Shown here: one piece after another, positions 42,250-55,100 of the stretch
Numbering within the stretch: position 1 is the first letter of the stretch
How the letters are laid out: each line of letters starts with the position of its first letter
Assembly: GCF_026571515.1 (NCBI RefSeq)
Contig: NW_026854123.1
Coordinates: forward strand, 186,001-250,000
Direction: 5' to 3'
Source of the DNA: Ruditapes philippinarum
Taxonomy: Eukaryota
DNA: 64,000 bases
Notes under the pieces: model-generated
The model's database searches: none
What the model saw: only the letters and a program-made list of their open reading frames with translations
What the model was told of the DNA's origin: nothing
Program-made: the position numbers and the translations under genes

Positions 42250-42736
42250 GAATATCGACCTCAAAGTCAATAGGGGTCATATACTAATCATGACTTGCCT
42301 CCATGCCAAAAATGAAGACTGTGGGTCAAAGGAATCATAAGTTATTGGGCGAACAAGCTTTTTGAAGTCAAGGCCCCTGTGACCTTGACCTTTGACCTCA
42401 AAATCAATAGGGGTCCTCTACTTATCATGACTAACCTTCATGCCAAATATGACGACTGTAGGTCAAAAGAATCTTACGTTATTGGGCGGACAAGCTTTTT
42501 GAAGTCAAGGCCCCTGTGACCTTGATCTTTGACCTAGTGACCTCAAATCAATAGGGGTCATCTACTAATCATGACTAACCTCCATGCCAAATATGAAGAC
42601 TAAGGGTCAAAGGAATCTTAAGTTATTGGGCGGACAAGAAAAAACCGACGGACGGCCGTACGGAAGGACAGCCGAACTGACGGACAAGCTGATTCCAGTA
42701 TACCCCCCTTACAACTTTGTTGTGCGGGGCTATAAT
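42250..42736. mobile_element. HINE-type element with ~135-bp tandem repeats
   Basis: Repeats gaccttgacctttgacct...aatcaataggggtc, then a (gacg)n-like tract and terminal hairpin tatacccccctt...gcggggctataa. Confidence 0.65.
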
Positions 42737-42763
42737 GACAGAGTGATGGAATGATGGACCTGG

Positions 42764-43969
42764 TAAAATAGATAAATACAGAATCCCTAAAGAAAGCCCA
42801 ACACGGCAAAATTGAAAATGTTGCAGGCTCGGTTTGATTGAGCCTGTTCATGGACGGTACTGGAAAGTGCAAGTTACCGTCCACGCCCCCTAGCACCGGC
42901 TTAAGCAGAATTCAACATTTAAACGTGAAATAGTAAAATTTTGAATTTAGAAACATCCGCAGATGTGTTCATACGGCGGTTATCATGGAACCTTCAATGT
43001 GACACTTCCGTGCCATTCCATGAAAAGCGGCGTATGGTCCCCAAGTAATAAAAAGCGTGTGCCCTAAACGAGAAAACAATGGGCGGAACTAAATAAAATG
43101 GCAATTTTGAAAGGGGATCAGAGGTTATGAAGCCTGCGTATCACAGATAAGACGTCAAAAGACAAATTTAAAAAGCAGGCAACATATCCTAAGGGTGATT
43201 CAACATTATTCAAGTAGGAATATTGGAACCACCCAACTAGAAAATGCCGAAAAGTTGAAACTAAAAATACCACAAGCACAACAATAATGTCGTGCTGAAC
43301 GATCTTCAAGGATCGAAAATATAACATCATTGATTAAATGTACGGGGAGACTTTTTACAGCCGCCACACGGCACAAATAACACGGATGTGATCATAAAAT
43401 AGATAAATACAGAATCCCTAAAGAAAGCCCAACACGGCAAAATTGAAAATGTTGCAGGCTCGGTTTGATTGAGCCTGTTCATGGACGGTACTGGAAAGTG
43501 CAAGTTACCGTCCACGCCCCCTAGCACCGGCTTAAGCAGAATTCAACATTTAAACGTGAAATAGTAAAATTTTGAATTTAGAAACATCCGCAGATGTGTT
43601 CATACGGCGGTTATCATGGAACCTTCAATGTGACACTTCCGTGCCATTCCATGAAAAGCGGCGTATGGTCCCCAAGTAATAAAAAGCGTGTGCCCTAAAC
43701 GAGAAAACAATGGGCGGAACTAAATAAAATGGAATTTTGAAAGGGGATCAGAGGTTATGAAGCCTGCGTATCACAGATAAGACGTCAAAAAGACAAATTT
43801 AAAAAGCAGGCAACATATCCTAAGGGTGATTCAACATTATTCAAGTAGGAATATTGGAACCACCCAACTAGAAAATGCCGAAAAGTTGAAACTAAAAATA
43901 CCACAAGCACAACAATAATGTCGTGCTGAACGATCTTCAAGGATCGAAAATATAACATCATTGATTAAA
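42764..43969. repeat. Two near-identical tandem copies of an unclassified ~575-bp structured repeat (period ~631 bp)
   Basis: 42764-43338 matches 43395-43969. Further partial copies: 45381-45649 (+), 53335-53381 with 54723-54863 (-), and 57946-58015 with 58747-58815 (-). Confidence 0.9.
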
Positions 43970-44234
43970 CACTATTTGGCCCCGCAATTTATGGAGGGGG
44001 CATATAAATATTCTTTTGGGGTCTCAGTAGGTCCTACGCATAACCACTTCACCACAGAGCTATATCTCAATGCAGATGTTTTATTTGATTATTGTATCAT
44101 TATTTGTATGATATTTTGAAATAGTATGAGGATAATGATATACCAGATTTAGTAATGATGATAAATTGTGAACAAGAGCTGACAAATTTTGACAAATGCC
44201 CATGAAAAGGTTTCTTAAGCATGCAGGTATTATG

Positions 44235-45281
44235 AAACAAGAGGGCCATAATGGCCCTGAAATCACTCATCTGTAAATCGCGGGGCCAATTTTTACCCAG
44301 GAGCTTTTCTTTGGACAAACTTGGTAGACACCCATTTGAAGATGTTTCATGATAAATATCTAAGTTCTAGCTCTGAGAAGATTTTTTAAGTTTTAACTAT
44401 ACACATATAGGGAAAAACAATGAACCCCCCCCCCCTTTCTGGGCGGGCCAATTTTATCCCAAGGGCTTTTATTTGAAACAAACTTGGTAGACACTCACTA
44501 GAAGGTAATTCATGTTTAATATCTAAATTTTAGCTTTTCGGTTTTTTTACAGAAGATTTTTTAAGTTTTTAATATATACATAAAAGGAAAATCAATGATC
44601 CCTCTGGGCGGGTCCAATTTTAACCCCAGGGCCCTGATTTGAACAAAAATGGTAGACACCCATTAGAAGATGTTCCAAGCTAAATATCTAAGCTCTAGCT
44701 CTAAAGGTTTTTTTTTTTTTAAAAAAATTTTAAGTTTTACTATATACTTAAAGGGAAAAACAATGACCCCTGGGGCGGGGCCAATTTTGACCCCAGGGCT
44801 TTTATTTGAACAAACTTGGTAGCTAAGCTCTAGCTATTTGGTTTTTTTTTAAAGAAGATATTTTAATTTTTTACTATATAGTACATAAAGGCAAAAACAA
44901 TGATCCCCTGGGGCCAGACCAATAAGGAAAAGCAATGATCCCCTTGGCTTTTATCTGAACAAATTTGATAGAAATTCACTAGAAGATGTATCATGCCAAA
45001 TATCTAAGCCCCACATCTTTGGGTTTTTTTTAAAAGAAGATATTTTAAGATTTTTCTTTCAGTTGCCATGGCAACCAGAGTTCTGCATGGAATTTAATTC
45101 TTTGAACAATCTTTAAAGGTGACCACCAAAGGACTATTCCTGTGAAGTTTGGATGCAATTGGCTTAGTGGTTTATGAGGAGATGTTGTTTAAAGTAAAAG
45201 TTTACTGACGCCAGATCGACGGCCAGACGAAAAGTGATGACAAGAGCTAACCATGTCACTTTGTGACAGGTGAGCTAAAAA
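44235..45281. mobile_element. HINE/Helentron-type element with ~165-bp satellite-like tandem repeats
   Basis: Ends aaacaagagggccataatggccctgaaatcactcatctg and gtcactttgtgacaggtgagctaaaa. Internal units ggggccaattttgaccccagggc...gaacaaacttggtag. Confidence 0.75.
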
Positions 45282-45699
45282 TAAAGTATGAAAGTAAACA
45301 AAGGGTTAGTAAGAAATTAAGAAGTGCAGTGTATCGGTTCTTGTGCACTGCACTTCTTTAATGAGATCTATCATCCTATGAAATAGATGAAGACAGAATC
45401 CCTAAAGAAAGCCCAACACGGCAAAATTGAAAATGTTGCAGGCTCGGTTTGATTGAGCCTGTTCATGGACGGTACTGGAAAGTGCAAGTTACCGTCCACG
45501 CCCCCTAGCACCGGCCCAAGCAGAACCCAACATTTAAACGTGAAATAGTAAAATTTTGAATTTAGAACATCCGCAGATGTGTTCATACGGCGGTTATCAT
45601 GGAACCTTCAATGTGACACTTCCGTGCCATTCCATGAAAAGCGGCGTATGAAGTTGCAATTCAATAGATTTTTTAGTTGAAGAGAAATGGCCTGGACAA

Positions 45700-45930
45700 A
45701 ATTATTTGTTTGTTTGTTTCATTTTACGACTTTTCCCAACAGTCATTTCAGTCATATAGGCGGGAAGTTTCCTAACCATCGTACCTGGAGAGTTACACCA
45801 GTACTAGACTACCTTCCTCTGTGCAAAGCATCTCCCAGGGATCGCCAGAGAGGTAACTGGATAAGAAGTCATCGACTCTAACCCACAGTGACTGAGTTAT
45901 GATCCGGACAAGCATTAGGGAACGCCGCTG
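45700..45930 (-). mobile_element. SINE (mollusc Meta/MD-type-like)
   Basis: (ttgt)n tail followed by caacagtcatttcagtcatat...cctaacc...cctgg...accagtact. Confidence 0.5.
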
Positions 45931-46174
45931 ACACCGACAGCGACGCCACCGACAAAAGTTACCCCATTTTTTATGTTGCCTCTTCCAGATGACACACAAA
46001 GGTGTTGTGCAAGTTCCCAAAAATCTGTTACAGTCAATTATCATGTATCATGTAAATTGATATTGGCAAATATTTTGGGTATACTTGATGTCATGTAAAC
46101 AAATAACATTGTGTTGAACATTTTTCTCGGATGACTTAAATTGACAAAAGAATATAAATGAAAATAAAGCATAC

Positions 46175-49100
46175 CTTTACTTTAGAATACAAGTAGATTC
46201 TCAACTTCAACGTCATTTTATTCTCAGCGTATTTTGCTAAAGAAAATCCTTCTTTAGGTATTATCACATTATTCACTTTACCTAGCATGAAAAGCATGCA
46301 CGATTTTTTCCCCTTTCTGCTTCTTCCATCAGGAAAAAAGAAATCTGCAGCCATTTTTACAATTTCATCATATGATATATCTTTATGTAAAGCAGTGTCA
46401 AGAATGTTTTTAGGGTCCAATTTCGATGACCTCACTTGCTTGTATCGTTTTTCTTTTGCACTGAAATGCATCCATCCGATGCTAGTTCTAAATCGAATGC
46501 GCTGGGAATCAGTCTGAAAGAAATAAACTTATATACATACAAGAGACCTGCCATCAATGGCATTTTTGCAATTACAATGATGGTGTATTGTTTTTTGTTA
46601 TTTTGCGAATACACAATGTACATGTAAACAATTTTCCTTTAAATGTTAAACTTTTTTTATTAATTTTGCCAAATTTAATTTACAAATTTTTCGGGGTTGC
46701 GTCTAATCTCATTTAAATCAAACCTTAACACTTTCTCCAGTCCCTTTAACCCTTTTATCGCTCACTTGAATTTGCAGGCTCAATACCATTTAATTATGCT
46801 ATGTGATCTTGTTTTTGACCAGAAATGACCCATAATATTATTTTAACTTGACCCAAGAATCACTAAAACAACCTTTCTGACAATTAGCTTTCATGATATT
46901 TGATCAAAACAGTAACCTCAGAGTGTTAACAAAGTGCTTCCATGTTTGGACTGTGTGACCTAGTTGTTGACCTTAGGTGACCAATTATTCGAACTTGGCA
47001 AAGAAATCATGAAAAAAATCTTTCTGATCAATTTCCAGGATATTTGGATCAAAACAGTAACCTCTAGAGTGTTAGCAAGGTTTTTCATATTTGGGCTGTG
47101 TGACCTAGATCTTAACCCCAGATGATCCATATTCACACCTTACCTTGAAATCATTTTAACAACCTATTTTATAAAATTAAGAAAATAACAATTTTTAAAT
47201 ATAGCATTAACATGTTAAGTAACAAAGATGAAAATTTATAAAAAAATATAATGTAGGTGTTGATAATGAATGTTTATTTTGAATTTGAAGTAAATCCATA
47301 AAGAAATAAGAAAGTTAAAGAATGAATAAGAAAAAATCAAAGTTTAAGGAGGAGATAATTCTGGAAATATGGATTCTAGTTTCATAAACATTGTCATATT
47401 ATTATGATGTTGGAGTTTGAAGTAATTCCTATAAGAAAGTGAAAAATACAAATTTCTCAAAAGAATCTAAGTTCAAGGAGGATATAATTCTGGAAATAAT
47501 CTTGCCGAGTATTGAATCTTCTCACAAATGTTGAGAGATAATAACAATTTATTGAAATTGACACAAATATGAAGTTTGAAGTAGATACATTAAAAAGTAA
47601 ACAAGTTATTTAAAAAACAAAAACATTTTTGTCAAAAAAAATTTAAGTTCAAGGGAGGTAATTCTGATAATTTTTGTGCTAGAGTTGTAAACCTTATTAC
47701 ATATGATGTGGTTGATGACCGAAAACTTAAAGCTGGAAGTAAATACCTTAAAAATAAATAACTTATTGTGAAAAGGCATAAAAACTAGAATGAGAAATCT
47801 TGAAATTCAGTCTATTTGTTGCCATAGCAACAAAAATTTTCAACTAAAATACTAAAACTGATTTAAAAGTTCAACTTTATTTTAACTGCAAATTTCTTAA
47901 GTTCTTAAAAAGTAGGAATTGAAGATAAAAAGTAGGAATAAAGTAGGAAAAAGAAGGAACACTTGAAAAAGTAGGAGAAAGTAGGAAAAAGTAGGAACAA
48001 TTTGACAGCCTGAATTTTCATGAACTGCAGATCTGTAAAACCTTTTGAAAAGGCAATTTCTTCATTACCTCTCTATATACAATGTATAGTATACCAACAT
48101 TGGCGAAAACATTCAATTTTTATACAAACGCTTTTTGCAATTAATAATGCTTAAACAATTTCATTTGGGCAATAGTTTTGCATTCTAAGACCATGGAAAT
48201 TATGAGGCACACAGATATTTAAGTTTTGTTGCAGACAGACTGACATACACACAGGGCCCATCACTTTATTTAAACAAAACGAGTAATGACAATTATCATT
48301 GCAGATAAAAGTAACATTTGTTACATACTTACACATATTTAATTGTTTATAGTTAGAAATTTGCTGGTGTATTCAGTCAGTTTTGTCAAATAGTAAAACC
48401 CATATACATATATCACATTAATTGTCTAAAACTTATAATGTTGGAAAGAGATTATTAAGAATGAACTGAATTCATAGGTAACTTACCTTTTTCTTCTTCC
48501 ATTTGTTCGATTGGATTGATTCAACAAGTTTCATCATGTCGTTGTAATCTGCAAATACATGTAAATCAATTAATTGTAAAATGAAATACTATATTATGTT
48601 ATAACATAATATATATTATCACACACCCGTGCCGATTTTGCGACTCCGTAAATATGGTATTGCACGGCCGTGCATATATTTTGACGTGACGTCATTAGTG
48701 TTATGCAAACGTAGTGTAAAGACGCGCCTACTGTAGGCGCGTAAACGGAAAATGACTCTTATTTCACTTTAAACGGTCTTTATTTTGGGTATGTGATAAA
48801 TAGAATATTAAATTCGTGTAAGTTCATTACTGAATTTATTGCACTCGTTGAATAAAATGATATTATGCTCGCCAGAGGCTCGCATAATATAATTTTATTC
48901 AACTCGTGCAATAAATTCAGTATTGAACTTACACTCATTCAATATCCTCTATATATTAGATAACTATTGATTTAAGTCTTGTTACTTGTAAAGGTGGATC
49001 ATTGCATCTTATAAACTAAAACAGTATAAGGGGCCTTGATGACAAGAGTCTCTGCTTCCATGTGCATTAGAACTGAAGGCAGCAACAGCCAAAATAGTTT

Positions 49101-52100
49101 CTGTAGTACTCAAACAAATGAAACAGACAGAAACATTTTTACTGTTTGTTTTTTTTTTGTTTGTTTGTTTGTTGTTTTTCTTTGTTTTTTTTCATATGGA
49201 TTAGGGACTTTTGAACACTTTTTCTTCCATCTTAAAGGGGAGTATTTTCCAAACCATTGTTCCTTTGAAGAACCAGTACAAGATTCAAGCTATCAACAAC
49301 TAACAAACAAGGCATCTCCTGGAGATCAAACATATTGAAGTGTATGCTCAAAAACCAATTAACTGATCATGAAAAGCCTAAAAGGTATCAAATCTTTATA
49401 GCAAGTTGGTTACTCATAGAAAGTGTGAAGTTTATATAAATAAGTTGATTTTATAAATATATCAATGCAAAATAAAACACAAAAAGTTCAACAATAAAAA
49501 AATAATTTAAGTAAAAAAGTTTAAGAATTTTTTTTATAAATTTTATTAACAAAATTGTAGTGATGATTTAAATCAAAAAGTTATTTTTATAACTTCCCTT
49601 TATTATATAACAGATTGTCCCTTAAAGAAAGTTTAAGATTTCATTTTTCATTTATACCATGGTGGATGTTGTGTTTTAGTCAACTGGATACAGAACTATG
49701 TTATTTCAGACTGTCAAAATTAGGTATTTTGAGGATCCAGTCTTAATATTTTTTCAAAATAAGAAAACAATACTTTGCTCACAATTAACTCCAACATCAG
49801 TTATCTCCCTTAACATTTATTTATTGCAGAAAAGTCTTTGGTACAACAGTTTAATTTTGACAGGAATTTTGTGGCAAAATACTATGTCTTTCTAGCGATG
49901 AGATATGTACTACGTCTATTATGGATAGAGAACCTGAATTTACTAATCTAAAAAAAATGTTGATTTTTTTCTTTTTTCATAAAGAAAAATTGCCTATCAT
50001 AACAAAATATAAATTCCTTCAAAAAGTCCTCTTCTTATACAGTGTAAATTGACTCAAAAGACATAAAGATTACCTTCTTCTTTTGGTTTTTCATTTCCTC
50101 TATCTGCACTATTATCATCCGAACTTCCACCTAAAATAAATGATAAATTAATTTTATGATAATTATTATGGTCATTTAGCAATATTATTTGAATATGCAG
50201 ACAGACATCTTCTGCTTTCAGGTCAGAAAGTCTGATTATTCATAGAAACAAACGCTTTAGTAGACCTTTGCAGCATGATCAAGTGGTGAATGCTTTTAAC
50301 TTGTAAGCATTTGATTGTGGTTCAAACTTCTGCCATTGGAATCCATTGTTTCTTTCACCAAGAAACTTTTTCGCTGCTAAGTACTGCTTGGTACCAGGAG
50401 CAGACCTAAGTATCTTTTAATAAGTAGTACAGCTTTCTACACAATCAAGCTAAAGCAAATTAGTATAAACTAAAATCATTTAAATAGAACCTAGGTGTAA
50501 GCTATACATTAGTACATGTATTGAGGTATCATTTCAGTTATGATACACAAAAATGCTGACCATGCTTAAAAATAAGTTTTTTTTGTTTGTTTGTTTTAGG
50601 TTTTATTTCACATTGACACAGTATTGGTCATATCGCCACGTTCCAGCTTTACTGGTGGAGGAAGACCTCAGGTGCCCTTCTGTGCATTATTTCAGACACA
50701 AACGGGCACCTGAGTAGAACCACCGACGTAAGCTAGCTGGATACTTCCTCACATGAAAGAATCCAAAAAAATAAGTGGAAGAGCTTCAAAGACTCTGATA
50801 ATTGTGTTTGACTCACTCTGCTCATTAACTTATGATAGTGAACATGAAGAATTCCCTTTTAGAGGTATATTAAACATATGACCTGAACAACCAAAATGAG
50901 CCCTATTTTAAATAGACGTGGTCTTTCCCTTGAAGCTAAGGTCAGGAAGATGCTGCTCTTTTAAGAGTTTCATAAAAGATAAACTGATCATCATATGGCA
51001 TAAAGGGGTGTATTTAATGTACAGTCAGTCATGTAAAAACAGAAATATTTTAACAAGAGCAGTTTGTTAAACCATGTGCTTGACTGTTCTCAGTTATTAA
51101 TACTTAATTATTTAAGTGAGCAGGCTACATACTAAGTGCTTGTCATAGAAAAAAAATCAAGTCACACTTTTAAATGTTTCAAATTTCCAAAAGACTTAAA
51201 ACAATGAACATGAACATGAAATATAATGGAAATCCATATAACTATTGGATATGTTCAAGAGGAGATAACCTGGCATTAACATTATTCAAGGGCTATGGCA
51301 TCAAGGGACAATAGATTAAACTAAAACCTGAATTTGAATAATTCACAGTTTGTATTTTGCATCAATTTTTCAAAAATCAAAGCAACAAGTGAAAGAGCTG
51401 TTGAAAGAAATCTTAAGTTAAAAATCAAGGGCCAAATTTAATCAAATTTACATTTGCAGAATTATCCTGCATTTCATCTTCAACTGTATTTTTAGTATTA
51501 AATGCATAACTGTTACTATTTGCCATATGCACATTATCTCATTTTAGTACTAAATAATTTGAACAATCAAAAATTTTGAAACTAAAAACAATACAACTAT
51601 GCACCAAACAGATTCTCTAAGTACCTACCTGTGAATTGTGCAGTCCACCTTTCTTCTCCACATAGTACCATAAGTGTGGTATTTGGCTCTAAGGAATCAA
51701 AATAGTCTGCCTCTACTTCTACTCCATCGGAGTTTAGCATAAGTTTAATTTCCGTTTCAGGACGAATATTTAACTTTTGTCGACCTGCAAAAATATATAT
51801 CAAGTATAGTTTCATTATTTGCTCCTGATATATATATCAGGAACATCATGAATATATATCATGTATATCATAATAAATATAAAACAAGAGGGCCATGATG
51901 TTACTTAATTGCTCCCAAGAAACAATTGTTTTTCAGTGATATAATTTTTCCAATAAATTTGTAGAAAGACAAGTCCAGCTCAACTTCAACTTGTGTCTCT
52001 AGTTAAAAAGTTTCCCGACACTGATTGTTTTTTCTTTATAGTAAAAATGATATGAACCAAGTTTGGTGATCATCCATTCATAAATTTGTGATAAAATTGG

Positions 52101-55100
52101 CCTATGACTGTGCTTCGAAAATGCAATCTTTCTATTTTTTTAGTTATCTAAAAAATTAGATAATAACACAATCTCAGTATTTAGATAACCATGTATACTG
52201 TTTGTCAGGATGACACCACCAGTCAATATTTATTTAAGATAACATAGGTATACTAGTCAACTCAACAAGAAAGATAGTTTCAGGTTGAATTATCTTACTC
52301 TCTTATAGAAACATGAAAAAAAATTGTAACTTAACTATGTGCATAGAGGGAAAAAAAAGCAAAAGATTGTTTTGATGAAATGTATTCAGTAAACAAGATA
52401 ACTCTTTTAATAAAACTATACATACAGGGTTGAAAAGTGATATTGTATGAAACAGTTCAAAATTACTTTGAACAAGTGATAACCAAGTTTACAAAATGTG
52501 ATTCTGAATAAAAATAATTGAAACTGATACTAGAATAGCACAAAGAATTAAAAATTAAAAATACATAAAGACAAGCAAGAAAAGCTTCTGAAGTTGACCA
52601 CAATTTTCAATGTAAAGATCATTGTGACCCTGACCTTTGACTTTATGACCCTAAAATAAATAGGGGTCCTGTATTGGTCTCGCCTGTTCATCCTATAAAA
52701 TTTTACAGCTATAGGTTGATATATACTTAAGTTAATGAGCAGAAACCATTTTACATTTTAAATGTAATAGTGACCTTTACCTTTGACCTTGTGACCCCAA
52801 AATCAATAGGGGTCTCCTTCCCAATATGGACAATCATCCTATGAAGTTTGAATATTGTGGGCCAAATGGAACTTAAGTTATGCTCTGATACTGTTTTTAG
52901 TTTTAAGGTATCAGTGACCTTGACCTTTGACCATATGACCTAAAAATTAACATGGGTCTTCTACCCAATATGGACAATCATCCTAGGAAGTTTAAATATT
53001 CTGGGCCAAATGGAAGTAAACATATGCTCCTGAAACTGATTTCAGTTTTATGGTAATAGTGACCTTGACCTTTAACCTTGTGACCCCAAAATCAATAGGG
53101 GTCTTCTACCCAATATGGAAAATCATGCGGCTATATCCTGGATTAGACCCCGGGGTCTAAACCAGGAGTATATATAAGGTTCATTCCGTTTTCTTTAGTG
53201 TATTATATACACGTTTTAGACCTGAAAAATACATAGGAGATTGCCAATCATGCTATGAAGTTTAGATATCATGGGCCAGATGGAACTTAAGTTATGCTCC
53301 GGAAACTGTTTTCAGTTTTAAGGTGATAGTGACCTTTCTTGTTGGGTAGTTCCAATATAATACTATTCCTCACTTGAATACCATAGGAACTCGAGAACGG
53401 GACCGTAGATTGCGGCGCATATTTTAGATCGTGTAACGGTTTTTAAAAACGTTTCTGCTACATCTAAATATCTTTAAGTATTATCCGAGCATATGGCCTC
53501 AAACAATATATTATCACTTGAACCCAATCTGTTACTTTTAAAACTGGTCAAATTTTACGGTATTATAAAATAAAGTTTCCTTTTAAAAGGAAAGGCTTGC
53601 ACAGTTGTGCCTTCATAAAGTGTTTATTTAGTTTTTTTTTTTTTGTAAAAACGAATATTTTTTGTCAAAACAATTTGAAATCTATTCTCTATTGTATAAA
53701 ACTTGTAAAGAAAATAATCAATCATAAAAATACTAACTATTCTATCATTCTGAAAAGGAAACAAGTGTGAACATTTCATTTCCAGAGAAATCATTCGTTT
53801 TGGCAGTTTCTAATTTCATTTATATAGCATCTTTATGGACAAGTAAATGCACTAAAATACTTCGTTACGTGGTACCAATTAATAAGCATGTATCAACTAT
53901 GTTACACAACCACAGATACGGTAAGGTTAATGATATGCATGGGCTATTTTTAGATTACCTCACTGCGTTCATTAGATCTAAATATAAGTTGATCATGCAC
54001 TAATATTCTCTGTGATTTGGTAAGCAAGACCACCCTTTGGAGACGTAACCATCCTCTATTGTATAAGGTATATATGTTAATTAATATACAAAACTAATAC
54101 AGACAAAAACAATTATAAAAGAAACTAACTTTTGCGTCTTGAAAAAGAATTGAAACGTAACAATTTCGTTTATAATTTATTACGGTTTAAACCGATAAAT
54201 CAAGTAAAAATAGAAATCCTATTTATATAAACAAACTGGGATTACCGAAGTAACTAAAATAGCTTAGATTTCCGTAATATTACTTCGTCTGATTCCGCAG
54301 TATGACAGATTCGCCCGAATTGTCACGATTGCAATCGGAACTTCATCGGCTATAATCATTAAACCGAAGAGTGACGGAAAGGGCCAAAAAGTTGTGATTG
54401 GCACGATTGCAGTTGGTTTCTCGTTCAATCATGCACTAACAAATGTAAGCAGGAAACCACCTAACCGGAACAAGTTTTCCAAAACAAATGGGCTTTGTCA
54501 AATGGCGGATGTCACTCCTTTTCTTTTTTCAATATACCGTAAATTTGACTGATTTTTAAATTAGCAGACTATATTAAATTGAGATAAGATAATTAAAGAC
54601 CATCCGCTCGTATAATATAAAAAGATATTCAAAGGTCGGACAAACAATATGTAAAGCTGGTACGGATTCGGATTTATGCGCCGCAATATGCAGTCCTGTT
54701 CCAGAGTTCCTATGTTGAATACTGTTAAATCACCCTTAGGATATGAAGCCTGCTTTTTAAATTTGTCTTTTGAAGTTATATGTGATATGCAGGCTTCATA
54801 ACCTCAGATCCCCTTTCAAAATTCCATTTTATTTAGTTCCGCCTATTGTTTTCTCGTTAAGGGATTCTTATTTCACTCCAAACTCCTCACAGCGGTTACG
54901 TCACGCTTTGCTACTTTAACCACTGCCACCACTGAAATCACGTGATGATAGTTGTATCATGTGACAAAAACATGGCGGCCAGTTTCAGAACGCCAAGGAT
55001 CCCATATCAAACTGGCAGATTTATAATTACATCCTTACCAGACAAAATAAGTTCAAGACACACAATTTGTTATCACTTTAAAACAAGTGCCGGATCAAAT

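Noticed and set aside
43290-43345. Hammerhead ribozyme at ctgaacgatcttcaaggatcgaaa
   Set aside because: The core deviates from CUGANGA, and I could not build stems I and III with an NUH site.
42618-45586. Three ORFs with LGGVDGNLHFPVPSMNRLNQTEPATF as a peptide gene family
   Set aside because: They derive from copies of a repeat; their starts and ends differ and run into unrelated sequence.
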